Source: Candidatus Eiseniibacteriota bacterium (lineage in GTDB: Bacteria > Eisenbacteria > RBG-16-71-46 > CAZAMP01). Taken from it: a DNA stretch of 64,000 nucleotides. The stretch is taken from positions 2,368,001-2,432,000 of the forward strand of contig OZ245046.1 in assembly GCA_965224245.1 (NCBI GenBank). Reading direction: 5' to 3'. The translations under genes were made by a program, and so were the position numbers. Position 1 is the first letter of the stretch; every line of letters starts with the position of its first letter. Under the pieces are notes generated by a model, which saw only the letters and a program-made list of their open reading frames with translations, ran no database searches and was not told the origin of the DNA. Below are positions 21,427 to 29,639 of the stretch, in pieces.

Positions 21427-22110
21427 ATGAAGTGGCTCGCCACAATCCTCGTCATCAGCACGACTGCCGCCGTCCCCGTCCATGGGGAGGTCGAGCTGAA
21501 CTCCCCTTCGTTTGCGCCCGACCTCGACGGCCTCGATGCCTTCGACTGCGATGGCCAGATCCGGTGGGTACAGGATCCCGACGGCGCCAGTGGTCTCGCA
21601 GCGCAGGACGACGTCTGCTATCCGTTTCTGGCCCAGACAGCCGACAACTTCGTCGGCACCGGTTACGACATCATCGGAGCCGGCTGGTACGGCGTCTACT
21701 GGAATGGCAGCCCGCTTCCTCCCGACCGTTTTCGGATCGAGATCTACGATTGCAGCACGTCGTGCATCGGTGCGCTCCTTTATTCGGCAACGACGACCGA
21801 CTACAACGAGACGCTCGGCGCACCCAACGGCTACTGTTCCAACATTCCCGCGTTCAGTACGACCGACGGCATGTGCTATGGGATCTCAATGACGGCCGAG
21901 TTCTGCTTCCCACCCCAGTACGGCGCCGCGACCGGCGTCGGCGATGGTAGCGAAGCGTGCTTTCGCTCGGCCTTCTTCGGATTCTCGAGCTGGACGCCCG
22001 CCAGTGATGTGTTCGGGCTGCCGTATGAGCTCGCGTTCCTGCTGTACTACGACGAGCCCACACCGACGACGGCGACCTCGTGGTCGACGATCAAGAGGAT
22101 GTATCAGTAG
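21427..22110 (+). CDS. Secreted Cys-rich hypothetical protein with a C-terminal TPTTATSWSTIKRMYQ tail
   Basis: AAAGGAG RBS, a signal peptide and several Cys residues; visibly lower GC than its neighbours. Confidence 0.85.
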   Translation: MKWLATILVISTTAAVPVHGEVELNSPSFAPDLDGLDAFDCDGQIRWVQDPDGASGLAAQDDVCYPFLAQTADNFVGTGYDIIGAGWYGVYWNGSPLPPDRFRIEIYDCSTSCIGALLYSATTTDYNETLGAPNGYCSNIPAFSTTDGMCYGISMTAEFCFPPQYGAATGVGDGSEACFRSAFFGFSSWTPASDVFGLPYELAFLLYYDEPTPTTATSWSTIKRMYQ

Positions 22111-22216
22111 GTTCCGGGGCTGCTCGATTGACGAGGGTCGATTCGGTCGCTGGATCGACCGCCGGTGCTTCAGGCGAGATGAGACCCTGCGAAAGGGCTC
22201 CGACGTCCGCGCGGCG

Positions 22217-22684
22217 CTAGGCCGATTCCAGCCGGACGAGCAGGCGATCGATGCCATCGCCGATGAGCTCCAGCGAACCGGTCACCGTTTCGTGTCGATC
22301 GAGTCGATCACAGATCTCGGCCAACGCCGCCATCACGTTCAACAAGAACGCCCTCTCGTCTCCGCTCAGCTCGAGGGACGAGCGGGCCAGCGCCGCGAAG
22401 ACGGCCTCGCACGACTCGGCGATCTCGGCCAGCGCGTAGAGCCGTCGCAATCCGGCGTCCTCGGAGACCGTCGCGAACGCCCCGCGCAGCGCCTCCGCAT
22501 CGGTGGTCCGGCGGCTCGGCGTTTCGCCCGTCGACTCGACCGCCAGCTCGGCTCGCGCGAGCGCGATCGCCTCGCGGGCGTCGTCCAGCAGGATCGACAG
22601 TCGATCATCATGGTCGTCGTGCCCGGCCCGCCCGGCTGCGTCGGCGCCGAGCCGGGGTCGATCGTGCGGATTCGACAGCGCCAT
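22217..22684 (-). CDS. Hpt/CheA-P1-like helical bundle protein without the phospho-His
   Basis: LLDDAREAIALARAEL...DAEALRGAFATVSEDAGLRRLYALAEIAESCEAVFAALARSSL resembles the Hpt pattern. Start uncertain. Confidence 0.55.
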   Translation of the reverse strand: MALSNPHDRPRLGADAAGRAGHDDHDDRLSILLDDAREAIALARAELAVESTGETPSRRTTDAEALRGAFATVSEDAGLRRLYALAEIAESCEAVFAALARSSLELSGDERAFLLNVMAALAEICDRLDRHETVTGSLELIGDGIDRLLVRLESA

Positions 22685-23072
22685 CGGGGAACCGCTCCTG
22701 CGGTGAGAAGACACGGACCACCACGAGCCTCCAACACGAGGATTATCGGCCCGGGTGGATACGGCTTGAGCCGGCGCCGGCTGGACTGATCCGCCAGGCG
22801 GCACCGGCGCCGGGGCATCCGGGATCCGCGGCCACATCCTCCGGCCGTGAGGTGATCCGGTACCGCGCCGGTCGATCACTCGACGGCGTCGGCGCGGTCC
22901 TCGGCCAGGGCGTAGCGCTGCCGGAGCGGTACGAAGTGGTCGGCGGTCCGCGTCAGCTCGACCCGGATCGACGGGCGACCGCGTGCGAGCCGGTCACGCA
23001 CGGCGTGTGCCACCGACAGCGTCGACGATCACGCGGGCGAGAAGCACCGAGAATCCGCGCCGGACCGGGCGT

Positions 23073-24026
23073 CTAGTCGACGACGACATCCTCGGGCAGG
23101 ATGTAGCCGAACGGATTGACGTGCTTCTCGTCGACGACGACCGCGTAGTGGAGATGGGGCCCCGTGGAGCGTCCCGTCGATCCCACGGTCGCGATGACGT
23201 CGCCGCGTTCGACACGTTGACCCTTCTTGACGAGGTTCGATTCGTTGTGCGCGTAGACCGTCACGATGCCGTTGCCGTGATCGATCTTGACCGACTTCCC
23301 GTAGAAGCCGTTGCGGCCGGCCTGGATGACGACGCCGTCGGCCGTGGCGTGCACCGGCGTTCCGGTGGGGGCCGAGATGTCGACGCCGGCGTGGAACGCG
23401 CGCCGCCCGGTGAACGGGTCGTTTCGATGTCCATACCCCGACGAGTACCAGCCGTTCCCTTCCAGCGGGTGGATGGACGGGACCTGGCTCAGGGACTCGT
23501 TCCGCGCGCCCAGCTTCTCGACGATGGCCTGATAGCTGCGGCGACGGTCCTCGGCGCCGCGGATCATCTGATTGAGCTCGACCTCCGCATCGACGACGAG
23601 CTGGTGCAGCGGGGTACCGAGCGCGCCGCTCTCGCGCGGGCCGTCCTCCAGGCCGCCGAGTCCGAGCGGGCTCGTGTCCTCGTCGCCGTCGTGGAGCCCC
23701 GCCAGGGCCCTCGCGCGCAGCTCGTACTCGGCGAGCTTGTCCATCGACGAGCGCAGCACGTCGATCTCGCCGTCCATCTGGTACAGCTCCGCCCGGAGCC
23801 GCTCGTTCTGATCGGAGACCGCGGCCAGGTCGCGCCCGCGCTCGGCCGCGACCACGAACACGCGCAGGGACACCATCAGCAGCAGCAACGTGACCCCGAG
23901 CCCGCAGGCGACCGATCGTGACACGCCCCGCCGTACGCGAAACGATGCGATCTCCGCACCGCTCTCGGGAATCAGCAGGATGTTGAGGTTCTCGCGAAAC
24001 AGCTTTCGCGGGATCTTTTGCAACAT
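23073..24026 (-). CDS. M23 family metallopeptidase (murein endopeptidase) with a TM helix and coiled coil
   Basis: Motifs PSIHP, SSGYGHRNDPF, HAGVD, YAH and TGRSTGPHLHY. Start placed at ATG 24026 after GAGGA. Confidence 0.93.
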   Translation of the reverse strand: MLQKIPRKLFRENLNILLIPESGAEIASFRVRRGVSRSVACGLGVTLLLLMVSLRVFVVAAERGRDLAAVSDQNERLRAELYQMDGEIDVLRSSMDKLAEYELRARALAGLHDGDEDTSPLGLGGLEDGPRESGALGTPLHQLVVDAEVELNQMIRGAEDRRRSYQAIVEKLGARNESLSQVPSIHPLEGNGWYSSGYGHRNDPFTGRRAFHAGVDISAPTGTPVHATADGVVIQAGRNGFYGKSVKIDHGNGIVTVYAHNESNLVKKGQRVERGDVIATVGSTGRSTGPHLHYAVVVDEKHVNPFGYILPEDVVVD

Positions 24027-24325
24027 GAACCCGTCCTCGGGTTGCGGACTCGATCGCGTGCACGTCCGACCGGTTTTCGCGACGCCGGTGGGACACGGGC
24101 GCCACGGGCTGGATCGACCGACGCCGTACGGAGCCACGTCGATCCGAAGGCCGGGAAGCTTAACAAGCGATCGGATCGTCCGCAACCCGACCCCAGATCG
24201 CATCGCCGGCCGGGCCGAGGTCCGCCGGGGACGTGTGTCATTTCGGCCGCGACCACGCCTTCCTTTGGCTTTCCCGGCGAAAACGAGCCTCGCGCGGCCC
24301 CCGACGATCCCGTAGGCTGGCGCCC

Positions 24326-25135
24326 ATGTCGAACGCCATGTCCCTCGGCGAGAAGCCGATCTTCTTCCTCGCAGATGCCCATTTGACGACGAGGCGCGTT
24401 CCCGAGGAGATGGCACGAGAGCGACGGGTGGCCGGTTTCCTGGCGTACGCCCGCGACCACGCGTCGCACGTGTACATCCTGGGGGACCTCTTCGACTTCT
24501 GGTTCGAATACCGCCACGCGTTGCCGGGTGGTCACTTCCAGCTCTACCGCCGGCTCTACGAGCTGGCCGAGGCCGGGGTGCGAACGACCTTCCTGGCCGG
24601 GAATCACGATTTCTGGTGCCTGCAGTTTCTCGCCCGGGAGTTCGGGATCGAGACGCATCCCGATCCGATCGAGGTGACCCACCAGGGCCGGCGCATCTGG
24701 CTCGCCCACGGCGACGGGCTCATCCGCAAGGACTGGGGCTATCGCGCGCTGCGCCGGATCCTGCGAAACCGCCTCTGCATCGCGGCCTACCGGATCGTGC
24801 ACCCGGACCTGGGAATCCCGCTGGCCCACGACAGTTCCACGACCAGCCGGAACTACACCGAGGAGCGCGACATCGACTGGTCGGCGTACTGGGACGAGGT
24901 CGTGATCCCCAGGTTTTCGGAGGGCTACGACGCGGTACTGATGGGCCACATCCACGTCCCCACGCATCGGCAACGCGACGGGAAGGACTTCTTCTTCGTC
25001 GGCGACTGGATGGGGCCGTGCACGTTCGTGTCGCTCAGCGGGGGCCGGTTCCAACACCTACGTTGGGAGACGACCGGACCGGAGCCGTACGTGGAGACCG
25101 GCTCGAGGGCCCCGGCGTCGCGTGGACGCACCTGA
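24326..25135 (+). CDS. lpxH: UDP-2,3-diacylglucosamine diphosphatase
   Basis: Calcineurin-like motifs ADAH, LGDLFDFWFEY, GNHD, HGDG and MGHIH, in LpxH-style context. Confidence 0.85.
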   Translation: MSNAMSLGEKPIFFLADAHLTTRRVPEEMARERRVAGFLAYARDHASHVYILGDLFDFWFEYRHALPGGHFQLYRRLYELAEAGVRTTFLAGNHDFWCLQFLAREFGIETHPDPIEVTHQGRRIWLAHGDGLIRKDWGYRALRRILRNRLCIAAYRIVHPDLGIPLAHDSSTTSRNYTEERDIDWSAYWDEVVIPRFSEGYDAVLMGHIHVPTHRQRDGKDFFFVGDWMGPCTFVSLSGGRFQHLRWETTGPEPYVETGSRAPASRGRT

Positions 25136-25158
25136 CCGCGGCGACGTCACCACGATTT

Positions 25159-25181
25159 AATGGACCCACATGGCCACAAAT
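25159..25181. promoter_or_regulatory. Candidate Rrf2 operator, copy 1
   Basis: AATGGA-CCCACATG-GCCACAAAT. The same TGGA-N8-GCCACAA motif recurs at 25787. A -10-like TATGAT lies at 25186-25191. Confidence 0.5.
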
Positions 25182-25242
25182 ACCCTATGATGCGGATGCA
25201 CACGGGCGAGGTCGTTCCCGCCGTCGCAGGAGCTCGACCATC

Positions 25243-25731
25243 ATGATCACGCAGACCGGCGAGTACGCGTTGAGGGCAATCGTCCACCTCGCCGCTCGGC
25301 CCGAGCGTGGGCCGGCTACCGCGCAGGACATCGCCTCCGCCACGCAAGTGCCCGTGGGGTACCTGCAGAAGATCCTCCGGATGCTGGCCAAGGCCCGGAT
25401 CCTCTCCGCCCAGCGCGGCAGCGGCGGGGGGTTCGCGCTGGCCAAGGTCCCGACCGCCATCAGCGTGATGGACATCCTGCTGGCCGTGGATGCGCGCCCG
25501 GTGCGAATCGAGCGGTGTCCGCTGGGACTCGACGGACACGCCCGTCTGTGCGCGCTCCATCGCCTTCTGGACGAGCAGATCGCGAACGCCGAGAGGGCGT
25601 TCGCCGTGACGTCCGTGGCGGATCTGGCCAGCGGGCTCGTCGACGGCGAGGTGGGTCCGCTCTGTGACGCGCCCTCGCCCCGGAGACGGTCCGCGCGCCC
25701 CGGCAGCTCCGGCAGCTCCGGCAGCCGGTAA
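25243..25731 (+). CDS. Rrf2 family transcriptional regulator
   Basis: MITQTGEYALRAIVHLA, YLQKIL, SAQRGSGGGFALA and RCPLG...LCALH; AGGAG RBS. Confidence 0.93.
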   Translation: MITQTGEYALRAIVHLAARPERGPATAQDIASATQVPVGYLQKILRMLAKARILSAQRGSGGGFALAKVPTAISVMDILLAVDARPVRIERCPLGLDGHARLCALHRLLDEQIANAERAFAVTSVADLASGLVDGEVGPLCDAPSPRRRSARPGSSGSSGSR

Positions 25732-25744
25732 GTAGGATCCCCTA

Positions 25745-25773
25745 TTGACCGGACGCCAGAAGTGCTCTAGCGT
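25745..25773 (+). promoter_or_regulatory. Sigma70-type promoter of the nos operon
   Basis: TTGACC-N17-TAGCGT. Confidence 0.55.
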
Positions 25774-25783
25774 GCCGATCGTA

Positions 25784-25806
25784 AAGTGGAGTTGTGGAGC
25801 CACAAT
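25784..25806. promoter_or_regulatory. Candidate Rrf2 operator, copy 2
   Basis: AAGTGGA-GTTGTGGA-GCCACAAT just downstream of the -10 element. Confidence 0.5.
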
Positions 25807-25839
25807 GACACTATGATCGTCCCCGCAGGAGCCGTCACC

Positions 25840-26760
25840 GTGGAGCAGCCGGATCCCTACAAGTGGCATGCGATCACGGCCAGCGCCCTCGCGATCCTGA
25901 CGCTTCCCGCGATCGTCGCGATCGTGAGCCTGGCCAAGCCCGCACCCCCCGTCGATCCCTGGGCGGCCGACGCCGAGAGGCTGGGCGTCTACCCCATGAC
26001 CCTCGCGCGCGGACAGGCGCTGTTCGGCGAGACCTGCGCCACCTGCCACGGCCCGGACGGGAACGGCGTCATGCGCCTGGGCAAGCCGCTCCGGAACAGC
26101 GCCTACGTGCAGGCGCACACCGACGAGGAGCTCTTCGCCTTGATCGCCCGCGGGCGGCGACCCACGGACCCGGAGAACACCACCGGGATCGACATGCCGC
26201 CCCGCGGCGCGCGCGCTCTCTCGGACCATCAGATCCACGCCATCGTGCCCTATCTCCGAACCCTCCAGGACACGACGGCCCCGTTCGCGTCGGTCGAGCC
26301 GTGGCTCACCCCGGTCGTGGCCGCGATCGCCCCGGCGCAGGCGGCGGGAACGAGTCCGACCGGCGCCGCGGCGCCAAACGGGTCCTCAACGCTGACGACG
26401 GCCCCCGATACGCCGCCGGTGGCGTCGGGAGACGCCCAGGATCACGACGTGGACACGGCCGCCGGGAGCGGAGCGGCGCCGGTCCCGGTCGCAGGCCACC
26501 AGGCGTTCGTCTCGTTCTGCTCCTCCTGCCACGGCCCCGACGGCGGAGGCTTGCCGAACCTGGGGAAGCCGCTGAGGTCGAGCGAGTTCGTGCAAGGGAA
26601 GACGGACGCCGAGCTCATGACGTTCATCAAGACCGGCCGGCCGATCTGGGACGCCGAGAACACCACGGGGATCGACATGCCGCCGAAGGGCGGCAACCCG
26701 GCGCTCACGGACGACCAGATCGCCGACATCATCACGTACATTCGGGCGATTCAGCCGTGA
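25840..26760 (+). CDS. Membrane-anchored diheme c-type cytochrome associated with nos
   Basis: N-terminal TM helix; CATCH and CSSCH motifs in two internally duplicated domains, each with ENTTGIDMPP. Start placed at GTG 25840 after AGGAG. Confidence 0.88.
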   Translation: MEQPDPYKWHAITASALAILTLPAIVAIVSLAKPAPPVDPWAADAERLGVYPMTLARGQALFGETCATCHGPDGNGVMRLGKPLRNSAYVQAHTDEELFALIARGRRPTDPENTTGIDMPPRGARALSDHQIHAIVPYLRTLQDTTAPFASVEPWLTPVVAAIAPAQAAGTSPTGAAAPNGSSTLTTAPDTPPVASGDAQDHDVDTAAGSGAAPVPVAGHQAFVSFCSSCHGPDGGGLPNLGKPLRSSEFVQGKTDAELMTFIKTGRPIWDAENTTGIDMPPKGGNPALTDDQIADIITYIRAIQP

Positions 26761-26834
26761 GTCGCTCAGGAGACGGATACGGCCCCCGTTCCCGGCGGGC
26801 CCAACCCGGTAACTCGAGCCAGGACGATGCCACC

Positions 26835-28817
26835 ATGCAAGGGAAACGGACGGTGTTCGGAGCGAGCATCGCGCTCGCGGGACTGCTCTTCGGGACCGGT
26901 TTCATCGTGCCAGCGTGGGGCCAGTCCATGAGCGACGTGCAGCGCGTGGCGACCGAGCGCGGGCTGAGCACGGCGGATCTGCTCGCGGCCGCGAAGACGT
27001 ACACCCCCAGCGGGGTCAAGGACCCCTACATCATCTTCTCCTCCGGCGGCCACGCGGGCCAGGTGTTCGCGATCGGCGTTCCGTCGATGCGGATTCTCCG
27101 GTCGATCGGCGTGTTCACTCCCGAGCCCTGGCAAGGCTGGGGATACGGCGTCGGCAACGACGTGCTGGCCGAGGGCTTTCCCGATGGCAAGCCCAACCTC
27201 TGGGGCGACACGCACCATCCCGCGCTGTCCGAGACGGCGGGTGACTACGACGGCCAGTGGCTCTTCATCAACGACAAGATCAATGCCCGCGTCGCCGTCA
27301 TCGACCTCCGGGACTGGGAGACCAAGCAGATCCTGAAGAACCCGCTCACGGTCAGTGATCACGGCGGTACGTTCGTCACGCCGAACACCGAGTACGTGAT
27401 CGAAGGCGGCCAGTACGCGACGCCGTGGGGCTCCGAGTTCGCCCCGATCAGCGAGTACAAGACCCGCTACAAGGGATCGGTCACGCTCTGGAAGTTCGAT
27501 CGGAAGCGCGGGCGCATCGATCCGTCGAAGTCGTTCGCCATCGAGCTTCCCCCGTACTGGCACGACATCGCCGACGCAGGAAAGCTCGTCAGTGACGGCT
27601 ATCTCTTCATGAACTCGCTGAACTCCGAGCTCGCCACCGGCGGCATCCAGGACCAGAAGCCGCCCTTCGAGGCCGGCGTCAGCCGGAACGCGACGGACTT
27701 CCTGCACGTCATCGACTGGCGAAAGGCCGAGAGCGTGTTCCAGGCCGGTGGCGTCGAGACCATCCAGGGCTTCCCCGTGATCACCCTGGGCACCGCCATC
27801 GCCGAGAAGCTTCTGTACATCACGCCCGAGCCGCGGAGCCCACACGGCGTGGACGTGGCGCCTCGGGGCGAGTTCATCGTCGTATCCGGGAAGCTCGACC
27901 CCCACACCACCGTCTACTCGTTCACGAAGATCAAGGCCGCGATCGACGCGGGCACGTTCAGTGGAAACGACGAGTTCGGCGTCCCGATCCTGGACTTCGA
28001 TGCGGTCGTCGAGGCTCAGGTGGAGGTCGGGCTCGGCCCGTTGCACACGCAGTTCAGCTCGGACGGGTATGCGTACACGTCGCTGTTCCTCGACTCCGCC
28101 GTGGCCCGGTGGACGCTCGGCGGTGACTACGGCCCGAGCACGCCGGAGCCCGACTGGACGCTCGTCCACAAGACGCCGGTGCACTACAACGTCGGTCACA
28201 TCGGAACGCTCGAGGGCGACACCGTCAGTCCGGACGGCAAGTTCCTCGTCTCGTTCAACAAGTGGTCGGTGGACCGCTTCTTCCAGACCGGCCCGCTGCT
28301 TCCTCAGAACTTCCAGCTCATCGACATCTCCCAGGGCGGCACCAACATGCCGGTCATCTACGACATGCCGATGGGCCTCGGGGAGCCGCACTACGCGCAG
28401 ATCATCAAGGCCGACAAGCTCGAGCCGTGGACGGTGTATCCCGAGGTGGGCTGGGACGCGCACGAGCAGCGTCTGGATCCGATGGCGCCGAAGGCCAGCG
28501 CCGAGCGGATCGTCAGGAACGGCAACACCGTCGAGGTGTACATGACCGCCATTCGCAGCCACTTCAATCCGGAGCACGTGACGGTCAAGGCGGGCGACCG
28601 GGTCGTGTGGCGGATCACGAACACCGAGCGCGCCGCCGACGCGACGCACGGCTTCGCGATTCCGGTCTACAACGTGAACGCCAGCCTGGAGCCGGGCGAG
28701 ACCGCCACCATCGAGTTCGTCGCGGACACGCCGGGCACGTTCCCGTTCTACTGCTCGGAGTTCTGCTCCGCGCTTCATCTGGAGATGATGGGGTACCTGA
28801 TGGTCGAGCCGAGCTGA
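26835..28817 (+). CDS. nosZ: Nitrous-oxide reductase, clade II (Sec-dependent)
   Basis: Sec-type signal with no twin-Arg motif; motifs AAAKTYTPSG, SSGGHAGQ, GDTHHP, SPHGVD, GLGPLHTQF and GEPHY; CuA site FYCSEFCSALHLEM. Confidence 0.97.
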   Translation: MQGKRTVFGASIALAGLLFGTGFIVPAWGQSMSDVQRVATERGLSTADLLAAAKTYTPSGVKDPYIIFSSGGHAGQVFAIGVPSMRILRSIGVFTPEPWQGWGYGVGNDVLAEGFPDGKPNLWGDTHHPALSETAGDYDGQWLFINDKINARVAVIDLRDWETKQILKNPLTVSDHGGTFVTPNTEYVIEGGQYATPWGSEFAPISEYKTRYKGSVTLWKFDRKRGRIDPSKSFAIELPPYWHDIADAGKLVSDGYLFMNSLNSELATGGIQDQKPPFEAGVSRNATDFLHVIDWRKAESVFQAGGVETIQGFPVITLGTAIAEKLLYITPEPRSPHGVDVAPRGEFIVVSGKLDPHTTVYSFTKIKAAIDAGTFSGNDEFGVPILDFDAVVEAQVEVGLGPLHTQFSSDGYAYTSLFLDSAVARWTLGGDYGPSTPEPDWTLVHKTPVHYNVGHIGTLEGDTVSPDGKFLVSFNKWSVDRFFQTGPLLPQNFQLIDISQGGTNMPVIYDMPMGLGEPHYAQIIKADKLEPWTVYPEVGWDAHEQRLDPMAPKASAERIVRNGNTVEVYMTAIRSHFNPEHVTVKAGDRVVWRITNTERAADATHGFAIPVYNVNASLEPGETATIEFVADTPGTFPFYCSEFCSALHLEMMGYLMVEPS

Positions 28818-28841
28818 TCGGGCACCGGTCCCACCCGCCGC

Positions 28842-28905
28842 GATGACGATCGCGTGTGATCACCGATCGCGCGCGATCACTGATCGCGCGCGATCACTGA
28901 TCGCG
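28842..28905. repeat. Tandem 17-bp repeat (about 3.8 copies) of GATCACTGATCGCGCGC
   Basis: gatgacgatcgcgtgt / gatcaccgatcgcgcgc / gatcactgatcgcgcgc / gatcactgatcgcg, in the nosZ-nosB spacer. Confidence 0.85.
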
Positions 28906-28949
28906 GCGGGCGACTCCACCTCTCCCCACCACATCCAGTCAGGACGTTC

Positions 28950-29639
28950 GTGATGAGTCGTACGTTTCTCGATCGGGTACTGGGTCCGCGCGTCGATCCG
29001 GCCGAGCAGTCCCGCCACGGGCTTCGCTACGGCGCCCCGAGCGCGGTCCTTCTGATCGCACGCGTGCTTCTGCTCGTGTCGCTCTTCATGCCCTACTGGC
29101 ACATGGAGCTGATCGCGCCCCAGTACCCGGACAACCTGCATCTCACGGCCTACGTCACCCACCTCACGGGCGACGTGGCCGAGATCGACGGACTCAATCA
29201 CTACATCGGCATGCGGTCGCTGGAGGAGGCCGCCCAGTTCGAGCGCCACGTCGGCGTCTACGTGTTGATCGGCTTCGTGGTGCTGCTCGAGATCGCCAGC
29301 GTCGTGCACACCCGGTGGGCGTCGCTGATGGCCGCCCCGGTGGTGCTCTTTCCGGCCGCGTTCCTGATCGATCTGCACCTCTGGATGAGTCACTTCGGGA
29401 CGAACCTGGACCCCGACGCCCCCCTGTCGTCGGCCATTCAGCCGTTCGTCCCTCCCATCCTGGGGACGGGTGTCGTCGGCCAGTTCAAGACGATCGCGAC
29501 GCCCGGAGCGGGTCTCGTGATGGCGGCGGTCACATCGTGTCTCGTCCTGGTGGCGCTCTTCCTGCATCGACGCGCCTACCGGCCACTGGTCGAGGCGGCG
29601 GGCGCGGCGCGGGCCGCGGACGCATCGAGCCCACGATGA
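28950..29639 (+). CDS. nosB: Clade II nos membrane protein NosB
   Basis: PYWHMELIAPQYP..L, EIDGLNHYIGM and FGTNLDPDAP..IQPFVPPILG; four TM segments; directly after nosZ. Confidence 0.85.
   Translation: MMSRTFLDRVLGPRVDPAEQSRHGLRYGAPSAVLLIARVLLLVSLFMPYWHMELIAPQYPDNLHLTAYVTHLTGDVAEIDGLNHYIGMRSLEEAAQFERHVGVYVLIGFVVLLEIASVVHTRWASLMAAPVVLFPAAFLIDLHLWMSHFGTNLDPDAPLSSAIQPFVPPILGTGVVGQFKTIATPGAGLVMAAVTSCLVLVALFLHRRAYRPLVEAAGAARAADASSPR

Noticed and set aside
28842-28905. Possible CRISPR array (also considered for 63334-63444)
   Set aside because: The units are directly adjacent with no unique spacers, and there are no cas genes.
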